Positions 8,776 to 17,862 of a DNA stretch of 64,000 nt are shown here, in pieces. The stretch comes from Geopsychrobacteraceae bacterium. GTDB taxonomy: Bacteria > Desulfobacterota > Desulfuromonadia > Desulfuromonadales > Geopsychrobacteraceae. A model generated the notes under the pieces. It searched no databases. It was not told the DNA's origin and saw only the letters and a program-made list of their open reading frames with translations. The stretch covers positions 672,001-736,000 of the forward strand of contig OY759353.1 in assembly GCA_963662315.1 (NCBI GenBank). Reading direction: 5' to 3'. A program made the translations under genes and the position numbers. Numbering within the stretch: position 1 is the stretch's first letter; the number at the start of each line of letters is the position of its first letter.

Positions 8776-8990
8776 GAGGGTGTTCAAAATTCTGTGTCAC
8801 GTTCATAGGCTGAGGTGTTTTTCCAGCCGATCCGGAAAATGGATGGTCAGCTGAGCCAGCGTCAGATTCCAGTTCTGAATCGGATGTGTTCAACACTCGG
8901 AGGCCTTGAGTATGCCAGCGTAAAGCAGCTTCAGCAAGCTGTTTTCATTGGCGAAGCCACCCTGGGTCTTGGTCGGTTTGCGCAGTTCGT
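8776..8990 (-). pseudogene. IS256-family remnant (transposase C-terminus plus terminal IR)
   Basis: Minus strand RKPTKTQGGFANENSLLKLLYAGILKASEC*THPIQNWNLTLAQLTIHFPDRL with an in-frame stop; end sequence GAGGGTGTTCAAAATTCTGTGT. Confidence 0.8.
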
Positions 8991-9318
8991 CAATGAAACC
9001 ATGCTTTATCGCGCTTTCGGGGGTAACACATCAATTGCTGATGTGCAGTTGTCTATCAATGATAGTAATACTTCAGATTGAACGTGCACCATGCCGAAAT
9101 GTCAGAGAAACTATTTAATAATAAGTACTTAAGAAAACGAAGCCTTGCCAATGATATGTGAAAAGACTATAAAGATGAAATGAACAATGCGTTGATCCTT
9201 ATCATTGAAGATGCACCCATTATCAGCCAGCTAAGCGCACACACTGCGGGCATCGCTCCAGGGCTGGCTCAGTGCGCGACAACACCCGATTCTAAACGAA
9301 AGCTGCGGAACTCCAGTT

Positions 9319-10173
9319 ATGACCATACGACGCAACGCTATTCTTATTTTCAGTAAGCCTCCCGTTCCCGGCCTTGTAAAAACCCGGTTGAGCACCATTA
9401 AGGACGGGTGGTACACACCGCAGATTGCTGCCTGGCTCTACCAATGCATGTTCTTTGACGTGCTGGAAATCACCTGTGACGCGCTTGCCGAACTGGAAGC
9501 GAAGCAAGCAGTGGTGGGACGGCCCGGCGATGTGGAAGACGTTTACGACATTTTTATTTCGACAACCCCCGCAGAGAATATTTCAGTCATGACGCAGGTC
9601 CTTGCGGACTCCGAACCGTGGCCGAGGGAGTTCACGGTCATCAGCGATACTGGTGCGAGCTTTGACGAACATTATAACCATGCCTTTGAGCAGGTCTTTG
9701 AGCGGGGATATGCCACGATTCTGTCGTACGGCGGCGATATGCCAACCCTGGAGAAGTCCGTTGTCATCGAAGGCTTTGAAAAACTGCAACGCCTGTGCGA
9801 CATGGAGGGTGGAGGTATCGTGCTTTCCCCAGATCAGCAGATGGGTGTCTCTCTCGTTGGCTGGACCAAGGACACCCGCATCGATCACACCGGTGTCTTC
9901 TACAACCCCGATGGCTTGACCGTGCTCCCCGCCTACATTCAGAAGGCCACAGCAAATGAGATCCCCGCGCTCTACCTGACCGCTGTGCCCGATGTGGACA
10001 CGATGCTCGATTTGCTGCATGCCATGACCCTGATGGAAGCCATGGAGTATTGCGCCCGCTTCGAGAACATTACGGTACCCTCACGCACGCTCGCCGCAGT
10101 ACGGGACCTCGGAATCGAGGTCATCGTGCCGCCAAACGAGCTGCGGGACTCCCGCGAAGGAATCGACGTCTGA
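9319..10173 (+). CDS. DUF2064/TIGR04282-like (CofC-like, GT-A fold) transferase
   Basis: NAILIFSKPPVPGLVKTRL, GGDMP and PDVDT..DL motifs. Confidence 0.75.
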   Translation: MTIRRNAILIFSKPPVPGLVKTRLSTIKDGWYTPQIAAWLYQCMFFDVLEITCDALAELEAKQAVVGRPGDVEDVYDIFISTTPAENISVMTQVLADSEPWPREFTVISDTGASFDEHYNHAFEQVFERGYATILSYGGDMPTLEKSVVIEGFEKLQRLCDMEGGGIVLSPDQQMGVSLVGWTKDTRIDHTGVFYNPDGLTVLPAYIQKATANEIPALYLTAVPDVDTMLDLLHAMTLMEAMEYCARFENITVPSRTLAAVRDLGIEVIVPPNELRDSREGIDV

Positions 10174-10221
10174 CCGCGATTGAAGGATCACGGTATTGCA
10201 CCGCAGCACATAATTTAGTTT

Positions 10222-11322
10222 CTATACAGTTTGTTTTGCTGCTATTACCCTGTTACGCCCCTCGGTCTTTGCTCTATACAGGGCATCATCGGCTCTTGAC
10301 AGAAGTTCTTCCTCCCGTTCCTGTGGCCGCCAAGTCGCAACACCGAAGCTACACGTTTTTTGTCCGACATTGGGGAATGAGTATTCAGAGATAACATAAC
10401 GTAACTTTTCGGCCAGAATCACAGCGCTTTCTATATCATTTTCCAACGTGATGATTAGAAACTCTTCTCCACCCCATCGGCCAACAGTATCGGCTTCACG
10501 TACATTTTCTTGAAGAATCTTTGCGATATGCTGTAAGACCTGATCCCCAACCATATGGCCATATTTATCATTAACTGTTTTAAAATGATCGATATCAAAA
10601 AGGATGACAGAGAATTTGGAATGATAACGTTTGGCGCGCTTTATTTCATGATGTAGGGTGTTGTCCAGTTTCATTCGGTTGAACAATCCAGTCAGTTTGT
10701 CCGTAATTGACAACTTCTCCAACTCTTTTGTTCGCTCCAAAACCTGGCGCTCAAGATCACGCTTATTCTGTTGGGCTTGGGACAACGCATTGCTCAAATG
10801 GGTGTTCACCATCATGTTCGCACCAACTGGTGTGGCAAAGGCGGCCAACAGCGCCAACAAAAATGTTAACCATTGTAAAGGATTAACAGAAACCGCTAAA
10901 ATATCTATTTTCCCAACTATTTGTCCATTGACAAAAGCGTAAGCGATCCATGTTGCCAGCGCAAAAGTAATGACGATGTACAAAATGGCCATACGAAATC
11001 TGAAAAAAATAACAACCAGTGTCGGTGTAATAGATAGAAAAGGAATAGCACCCGAAATCATACCGAGAGTGGACAAGCCCGCCAGTCCGACGGCTGTTAG
11101 CATGAATATAAGATATCCTGCTCGAAGGTGGTAAGAGGTGGAATTTCTGAAAAGAAGCAAAATCCAGAGCAGCGATACAAACACGACATGAAGCCCCATG
11201 TCCCACTTCCAGCCTATTGTCGGTATGCGCGCTAAACTGGCAATTAAGGCCGGAATTGCAAACAGGGCTAAGACTATCAGGGTGAAATTACAAACTTTGT
11301 CCTGAACGGATCTGAGTTCCAT
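10222..11322 (-). CDS. Membrane-bound diguanylate cyclase
   Basis: Several TM helices, coiled coil, TDKLTGLFNR, DIDHFK.VND.YGH, RxxD I-site (READ) and GRWGGEEF; start uncertain (11322 or 11349). Confidence 0.93.
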   Translation of the reverse strand: MELRSVQDKVCNFTLIVLALFAIPALIASLARIPTIGWKWDMGLHVVFVSLLWILLLFRNSTSYHLRAGYLIFMLTAVGLAGLSTLGMISGAIPFLSITPTLVVIFFRFRMAILYIVITFALATWIAYAFVNGQIVGKIDILAVSVNPLQWLTFLLALLAAFATPVGANMMVNTHLSNALSQAQQNKRDLERQVLERTKELEKLSITDKLTGLFNRMKLDNTLHHEIKRAKRYHSKFSVILFDIDHFKTVNDKYGHMVGDQVLQHIAKILQENVREADTVGRWGGEEFLIITLENDIESAVILAEKLRYVISEYSFPNVGQKTCSFGVATWRPQEREEELLSRADDALYRAKTEGRNRVIAAKQTV

Positions 11323-11769
11323 ATTTGCCCTTGTTGTTGTGAAAAACATTCTAGGATAAGCGTCACCTTGATCGTCATTAGATTTGTATAATCATAACCC
11401 ATTTCACATAAATTTAAAGGGAAATTCTTTCATAGGAAGAGATAGACAAGCGGGTGAACAGGGTATTTTTTAAGGATCGAAATATTGAATGTACTGAAGG
11501 GATGAATCAAACCTTTTAAATCGTAGCTCATAATACTCCGGCAAAACCGGGTGATATTTATCTTGAAATTATCTACTTTTGGCCATGTTGCTTGTGGCTA
11601 TCTGGTTTGTCCAGTTCCTTGGGGGGGAGATTGGAGACAAAACATTCTGTGACCTTAGTCGTCTTGTCTTTCCATGGTACTTATGACAAACTACGCCCCC
11701 ATAATGGCTGTTTGGGCTACTCGTTAAGGGTGCGGGGAGGGGGCGGATGTGGCAAGCTGATGGGCAGCT

Positions 11770-11972
11770 GTCAGGAGGTTTCTTTTGCAAATTGCTGCGC
11801 CAAAAAAGCCAGGCGTTTTCTCGCTTACCAGCCACAGGTGAAACTCGAAGAAGGCTTGGCGGTTATGATCGATTGGATAAAATCGCCAGGTCCACGCCCT
11901 TTTTTACATAATGTCGCGTTGGAAATTAACGGAGCGCTTGCGCCGCAAACATGGTCGAAGAAGATACTGTGA
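11770..11972 (+). pseudogene. C-terminal relic of NAD-dependent epimerase/dehydratase
   Basis: QEVSFANCCAKKARRFLAYQPQVKLEEGLAVMIDWIK resembles the extended-SDR C-terminus; no Rossmann N-terminus upstream. Confidence 0.65.
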
Positions 11973-13240
11973 CAAGCCTGACATCTGACATAACAGATAG
12001 CGCGCAACTGGTAAGCGAGGTCATTGGTGAATTTTCTGAAGCAGCCGCTTTGCAGGGAACGCTGCATCTGCCCGGCGTGCGCGATGTTTATCGTTCCAGA
12101 TTGGAGCATGTTGTTCTGTTGGCTGAAGGGGCGCTTGACAACACAGTCGACAGTAAAGACGTTGCGGCGCTTCAATGGGTGTTGGTCCAGGCCCAGGGAG
12201 CCCGAGCCGAAGATGCTCGCTATGGTGCCGGCCAACTTGCGCGCGGATCGCAGCGAGCGCCGACATTAGCTGACTGTGAAGATGGCTGGCAGCGGGTGGA
12301 GCAGATCGTTTGCACTGCAGAATGGGCAGCAGAAGAGGCCACACGCCTCGCCTGTCAACTTAATACGGGTAAAGCCAGAGCGATTGCCCGCAGGGCTGAA
12401 GTTGCGGCACATGCAGCCAGGGCCATCGTTTCAGAGCGTAACTGTTCATATACCTTTCATGCCGATCCCGGTTTCTCGTTTGGTGAAGGCTGGTACTTGG
12501 CGGCTGCGGCACTGTTTGCCGGGCTTACCATCCAGATTCGACCTGGCGCTGTCCAGGAACAGCAGGCCAGGCATTTCCTGTGTACTGCCGGGTTAGAAGC
12601 GTCGCTGCGATCATATCGGTCTCGCCCGGCGAGTCCGAAGCATTTGACGCAAATTATCGCCGAAGCGTTTCACGCCGATGCTGCAGGTTCACAGTTCAAA
12701 CTGCGTACTTCTTTTCTTGGTAATGAGGCGCCATCAGCGGCTTTAAAAGGCTGGATCTCTGACAAGTTGGGGGGGCTTCACGAGCAGAAGGTGTTGCTTT
12801 GGGTGCGAACGGGTGATCACGATGCTAAGCGTAATACCTGCTTCACTGAGTTGCGCGAACTGACTGATTTGGTGCTGAGTGCCGGACTCATTCCGATCTA
12901 TTTCGGTGATGCTGTTCCTTCCGACCTTATTGCATCGCGGGCCGTAAATCTATCCCTGTGCTGGAAAGAGTCCCTTTTTCAGGGGCCGGATATGCGTCGG
13001 GCTCAATTACAACTGTTCGAAGAAATGCGATGTCGTTACGGCTTAGTGGGCCAGATTGGTGTAACCACGGCTGGTATGGATGGCCCGGCGCTTATGGGGT
13101 TGCCCACCCTTTATCTCACCCAGGAACCGAATGTCCGGTTGGGCAAGTGGGTGGGAGCCGTTCCTGGATATCAAGAAGTTGTACGCATGCCGGGTTATTT
13201 AGAAACTATTCGCACCACCCTGCAACAGTGGCAGCGGTGA
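11969..13240 (+). CDS. Hypothetical protein (helical N-terminus, possible GT-B-like C-terminus)
   Basis: Long ORF whose GTG overlaps the relic's stop (GTGA), followed by a terminator; function not recognised. Confidence 0.7.
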   Translation: MTSLTSDITDSAQLVSEVIGEFSEAAALQGTLHLPGVRDVYRSRLEHVVLLAEGALDNTVDSKDVAALQWVLVQAQGARAEDARYGAGQLARGSQRAPTLADCEDGWQRVEQIVCTAEWAAEEATRLACQLNTGKARAIARRAEVAAHAARAIVSERNCSYTFHADPGFSFGEGWYLAAAALFAGLTIQIRPGAVQEQQARHFLCTAGLEASLRSYRSRPASPKHLTQIIAEAFHADAAGSQFKLRTSFLGNEAPSAALKGWISDKLGGLHEQKVLLWVRTGDHDAKRNTCFTELRELTDLVLSAGLIPIYFGDAVPSDLIASRAVNLSLCWKESLFQGPDMRRAQLQLFEEMRCRYGLVGQIGVTTAGMDGPALMGLPTLYLTQEPNVRLGKWVGAVPGYQEVVRMPGYLETIRTTLQQWQR

Positions 13241-13279
13241 CCTCATAGGCTGATCCTTTTTTGCAACCGATCATTATGG

Positions 13280-13313
13280 AATCAAACCGCCAGACTCTGC
13301 TGGCGGTTTGATT
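13280..13313. terminator. Bidirectional terminator
   Basis: AATCAAACCGCCAG-actctg-CTGGCGGTTTGATT between convergent genes. Confidence 0.75.
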
Positions 13314-13335
13314 TATCTAGGGAAACAATATGGTT

Positions 13336-14676
13336 TTAATTTTTCTGTGAGCTAAAGAAGTCCCGGGTCGTTTTGACAATTACCGGGGACAGGAAGATCA
13401 GTCCGATAAGGTTAGGAATGGCCATGAGTCCATTAAACAGATCGGACAAGGCCCAGGCCAGATCGAGTTTCATTTGCGCCCCGAAAAAGACTATGGCAAC
13501 AAAGATAATACGGTAGGGCGTGACCATGCTGCGTCCGAACAGGTATTCGATCGATTTCTCACCATAATAGGACCAGCCAAGGATTGTGGAGTAGGCAAAC
13601 AGAATCAAACCTATGGTAACAACATAGTTGCCATAGGGCATTTCTGCGTTAAAAGCTATAGTCGTTAGTTCTGCTCCATTAGCTCCTGAGTTCCATGTGC
13701 CACTTAAGATCAGAACCAGACCGGTCATGGTACAGACGATAATGGTATCGATAAAGGTTTGGGTCATGGAGACCAATGCTTGGGAGACCGGATGACGGGT
13801 TTGCGCTGCCGCCGCCGCAATAGGAGCACTCCCCAGGCCCGATTCATTGGAAAAGACACCCCTGGCAACACCCATTCTGATGGCGAGCATAACGCCGGCA
13901 CCAGCAAAACCTCCACTGGCAGCGGTGGGCGTAAAGGCTGACTGGACGATCAGGGCCAGGGCGGCGGGAATCTCCGTAAAGTGGTTAGCGATGATATAGA
14001 GGCTGCCGGCAACATAAAAAACGATCATAGCCGGGACGATCACACTGGTGACGCGGCCGATGCTCTTGATACCGCCCAGGACAACCAAGGCTGTCAATAG
14101 CATGAGGCTCAGACCGGTTATATGAGGGGCTATGCCAAAGGACGCTTCTACGGCATCAGCGACGGAATTGGCCTGGACCATATTGCCAATACCAAAGGAG
14201 GCCATGACGGCAAACACGGCGAAGGCGACTCCCAGCCATTTCCAGCCGAGCCCTTTGGTGATGTAGTACATTGGACCACCACACATTTCACCTCTTTCAT
14301 CCTGCTCGCGGTATTTGACCGCCAGTACCGCTTCACTGTATTTCGTTGCCATACCGACCAGACCTGTAAGCCACATCCAGAATAGCGCTCCGGGGCCACC
14401 TGTCGCCAGGGCCGTAGCTACACCAGCGATATTTCCGGTTCCAACTGTTGCGGAAAGGGCTGTCATCAAGGCTTGGAAATGGCTGATATCACCAGGTTCA
14501 TCAGTACTTTCCTTACGTTTCACCAAGGCCAGCCACAGGGAATAGACCAGTTTGTTAAATTGGATACCGCGTAAGGCGATGGTGAGATAGACCCCGGTGC
14601 CGAACAGGAAGATCAGCATCCACGGCCCCCAGGCAAATGATCCCAGGGCGTTGATGATTGCTTCGATGCGTTTCAT
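13336..14676 (-). CDS. alsT: Alanine/glycine:cation symporter (AGCS family)
   Basis: [43 protein letters not shown]; start ATG 14676 after GGAG. Confidence 0.93.
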   Translation of the reverse strand: MKRIEAIINALGSFAWGPWMLIFLFGTGVYLTIALRGIQFNKLVYSLWLALVKRKESTDEPGDISHFQALMTALSATVGTGNIAGVATALATGGPGALFWMWLTGLVGMATKYSEAVLAVKYREQDERGEMCGGPMYYITKGLGWKWLGVAFAVFAVMASFGIGNMVQANSVADAVEASFGIAPHITGLSLMLLTALVVLGGIKSIGRVTSVIVPAMIVFYVAGSLYIIANHFTEIPAALALIVQSAFTPTAASGGFAGAGVMLAIRMGVARGVFSNESGLGSAPIAAAAAQTRHPVSQALVSMTQTFIDTIIVCTMTGLVLILSGTWNSGANGAELTTIAFNAEMPYGNYVVTIGLILFAYSTILGWSYYGEKSIEYLFGRSMVTPYRIIFVAIVFFGAQMKLDLAWALSDLFNGLMAIPNLIGLIFLSPVIVKTTRDFFSSQKN

Positions 14677-15162
14677 TAGACCTTTTCTCCATTGAAAATT
14701 ATAGCTATGCAGGCATAAGCCCAAATAATTCAACGTTGAATCATGGACCCATGAATGAGACCACCACAGCAACGGACAGACCTCGTCATCTTGCCAGGTG
14801 TAATAAGACTGCTTACGGGACCTTTTTGGCGTTGCAGAGTTGCAGCAAAGGACTGGGTAAAGGAGTCAGGCTGGTGCAGGGTGTTTGTCTCATTTTAGCG
14901 AAGTGGTTTTTATACACCAAACAATCCCTGAATTGCCAGTTTTTCTAACCTGAATAGTTTTTTAGTGGACGCAACAATTTTTAAAAACATGGTTGCTACA
15001 TAAGTTCAGGCTGGTTAGACTATCGGGCTTTGATACTTGAACAGGATTTTGGCATCAATAACAAGGGTGTTATTGATGATTCGGAGTGTATTTTAGAATC
15101 CTGCTCACTGTCTGTAAAGCCTGTATCTAACTGCCACAGGTGACAACTCAAAGGAGAGTTTC

Positions 15163-16644
15163 ATGTCAACCGTTAAAACCCAACTCACAAGCGAGAAGCC
15201 GACTCCTTCGTTCGCTTTGTCGTTGGCTGTTTTTCTGATCTGTACTTTTACTATCGGTTTCTCTGTTATTGGTCTTGGGCTCGACGCCCATATTCCCATG
15301 ATTATATCCGCGGCTATCTGCGCGTGTTCTGGTACCCTCATAGTTAAAATGCCGTGGCGCGACATTGAAAAGGGGATCGTCTCCGGTATTACAGCAGCAC
15401 TGATTCCCATTGTTATTCTTATGCTGGTGGGGTTGCTGGTCGGTAGCTGGATCGCCTCTGGCACGGTTCCGACGCTGATTTATTACGGTCTGAAATTGCT
15501 CTCGCCAAAATTTTTCATGGTTGCTGCACTGTATTTATGCGCTATTGTCGCTTTGGCGACTGGATCTTCATGGACGACGGCCGGTACCGTTGGCTTGGCC
15601 CTTATGGGGATCGGCGGAGCCTTGGGAATTCCGGCTCCGATGACCGCTGGCGCCGTTGTCTCCGGCTCCTATTTTGGTGATAAGATGTCTCCTCTTTCCG
15701 ATACCACGAACCTTGCTCCGGCTATTGCAGGGAGTGATCTGTTTGATCATATTCGTGCTATGCTCTGGACAACCTTCCCGACTCTTATCGTTGTCAGTCT
15801 GGTTTACCTGGTTATGGGCCTGCGTTTCGATGCCAGTCTGTCCACAGCCGAACAGATCAATCTGATTTGCACAACGTTGAGCGCTAACTACTCTCTTGGC
15901 CTATTGACTTTGCTACCGCCAGTTTTTGTCTTGTTTGCAGCGGCTAAAAAGCTCCCCGCAATTCCGTCTCTGGTTATTGCCGTGGTGGTCGCAAGTATTA
16001 TCGCTCTCGGTTTGCAGGGCGTTGGTTTTGCAAAGTTAATGGGCATTCTTCACTATGGATTTGAGTCGGAAACCGGAGTGGCAGTGGTTGATAAATTATT
16101 GTCGCGTGGTGGTCTTGATCTCATGATGTGGACAATCTCCCTGATAATTTGTGCTCTTTCTTTCGGTGGGATCATGGAATGTTGCGGTTTTCTTGACAGT
16201 ATCCTGAACACCATGCACGGATTGATTCGTAAGCCGAGCACCCTGATCGGATCAACCCTGCTGTCGGGTTTTCTCGGTAACGTGCTGCTTGGGGATCAGT
16301 TCCTTGGCATTATCGTTCCCGGACGCACCTTTAAACCAGCCTATGAAAAGATGGGACTGGCACCACGCATGTTGTCCAGAACCCTGGAAGATAGTGGTAC
16401 TCTGACGTCGGCACTGATCCCCTGGACTGCTTGTGGTGCCTATATGCACGGAGTCCTGGGGATCAGTGCTTTTAGTTATGCTCCCTATGCAATACTCAAT
16501 TGGTTGTGTCCTTTAGTTGCCTTCGCTATGACGCTCATGGGGGTTGGTGTTTTCTGGCGTAAGGCCGATGGAACTATCACCCGGAACAGACAGGAGGCAG
16601 CGCCAAGTAAGACAACTGTTACGGCAGCCCTTCTGGAGAGTTAA
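15163..16644 (+). CDS. nhaC: NhaC-family Na+/H+ antiporter or amino-acid transporter
   Basis: GSSWTT.GTVG, GSYFGDKMSPLSDTTN, LSRTLEDSGT. Confidence 0.9.
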   Translation: MSTVKTQLTSEKPTPSFALSLAVFLICTFTIGFSVIGLGLDAHIPMIISAAICACSGTLIVKMPWRDIEKGIVSGITAALIPIVILMLVGLLVGSWIASGTVPTLIYYGLKLLSPKFFMVAALYLCAIVALATGSSWTTAGTVGLALMGIGGALGIPAPMTAGAVVSGSYFGDKMSPLSDTTNLAPAIAGSDLFDHIRAMLWTTFPTLIVVSLVYLVMGLRFDASLSTAEQINLICTTLSANYSLGLLTLLPPVFVLFAAAKKLPAIPSLVIAVVVASIIALGLQGVGFAKLMGILHYGFESETGVAVVDKLLSRGGLDLMMWTISLIICALSFGGIMECCGFLDSILNTMHGLIRKPSTLIGSTLLSGFLGNVLLGDQFLGIIVPGRTFKPAYEKMGLAPRMLSRTLEDSGTLTSALIPWTACGAYMHGVLGISAFSYAPYAILNWLCPLVAFAMTLMGVGVFWRKADGTITRNRQEAAPSKTTVTAALLES

Positions 16645-16674
16645 TAATGCTATACCCATAAGAGGCACAATTTC

Positions 16675-17142
16675 CTAATTTGCTTTAAGAAAGTCGAGAA
16701 CGTCTTGGGGATGTGTCTCGGCTTTTTTAACTGCTGTCCAGTGTTTGAGTACGATTCCATCAGGTCCGACAACTACAGTAGAGCGGATGGTGCCTTGGGT
16801 CACCTTTCCGTACATCTTCTTTTCACCAAAAGCGCCGTAAGCCTGCATCATGCTGGTGTCGGGATCTGACAGCAGTACAAAAGGCAGGCCGAAGGCGCTA
16901 ATGAATTTGTCGTGGGCAGCGAGGGAGTCTTTGCTGACGCCGAGAACGCTAACATCAAGATTTTGCAATTCTGCATGCAGATCTCGGAAGGAGCAGGCTT
17001 CCTTGGTGCATCCTGGAGTGTTGTCCCTGGGGTAGAAATAGATGACGATGGTTTTTCCTGCGTAGTCGCGCAGAGAATGAGTTTTTCCGTCGCTCCCCGC
17101 CAAAGAAAAATCGGGTGCTTTTTGACCTACAAGATTTTCCAT
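16675..17142 (-). CDS. bcp: Peroxiredoxin Bcp
   Basis: YFYPRDNTPGCTKEACSFRD. Confidence 0.95.
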   Translation of the reverse strand: MENLVGQKAPDFSLAGSDGKTHSLRDYAGKTIVIYFYPRDNTPGCTKEACSFRDLHAELQNLDVSVLGVSKDSLAAHDKFISAFGLPFVLLSDPDTSMMQAYGAFGEKKMYGKVTQGTIRSTVVVGPDGIVLKHWTAVKKAETHPQDVLDFLKAN

Positions 17143-17280
17143 TGTATATTCTCCTGTTTGATAAAAGCCATGTGATGATAAGCTCGTCTAATCGTGGGTG
17201 GAACAATTACTGTGATTCTGGCATAAATGAGCTTTATAATGCTATATGTGGGTAAGATTCCTCGTTATTAAAGGTGGTTT

Positions 17281-17766
17281 ATGTGGCGCAGAAAAGAAAA
17301 AATTCTCCATGAAGAGCAGCTTAAGCAGGCGATAACAGATTCCATTCAGACGGAAAAGAATGCCATGGACTTTTATCGCTATGCCGCTGACAGGACCTTT
17401 AATGATCGACCGCGTTTAACCTTTATATTATTGGCTCGGGAAGAACGTGAGCATGCTCGTTCTTTTTATAATGTGTACCGGTGGGATGATTTGCCACCCT
17501 TTGACGACTTGATAACCATCCCGCCCGATGAAAATTCAGATTGGCTTCAGGAGCTGAAGGAGGCGATGCCGGGCGAGTTTAATGAAGAACAGGTTCTGGC
17601 TTTTGCTATAAAGCGGGAGCGAGCTCTTGAGGAACGGTTGCGGCACTATGCCGAGCAGATTGAGGATGAGGTTGTGCGCAACGTTTACCTGACCAACGCT
17701 AATATGACCCAACGCCACCTTGAATTGATCACAAAAGATTACAATCTTGCTCATGAGCTCGATTAA
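17281..17766 (+). CDS. Ferritin-like (rubrerythrin-type) protein
   Basis: EKNAMDFY...LAREEREH first helix pair; second ExxH degenerate (MTQRH). Confidence 0.8.
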   Translation: MWRRKEKILHEEQLKQAITDSIQTEKNAMDFYRYAADRTFNDRPRLTFILLAREEREHARSFYNVYRWDDLPPFDDLITIPPDENSDWLQELKEAMPGEFNEEQVLAFAIKRERALEERLRHYAEQIEDEVVRNVYLTNANMTQRHLELITKDYNLAHELD

Positions 17767-17862
17767 AATAAGCCGTTTCCTAAGTCGTTCCTTTGATAAA
17801 ATACACCATGAATTATTTGCGATGGTAAATTGACGTTTCAAATCTCAGATTGAGTATGCCTA

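Noticed and set aside
8888..8893. In-frame TGA as selenocysteine
   Set aside because: It replaces a Trp codon in an IS256 pseudogene; there is no selenoprotein context.
8815..9081. 88-aa plus-strand ORF as a real gene
   Set aside because: Mostly the antisense shadow of the IS256 remnant.
11533..11745. Possible IS200-type end hairpin (CTCCGGCAAAACCGGG) and degraded tnpA
   Set aside because: Too degenerate; no convincing transposase reading frame.
14677..15162. Glycine or other riboswitch upstream of alsT/nhaC
   Set aside because: No GGAGA...CCGAAG...CTCAGG core or other recognisable aptamer on either strand.
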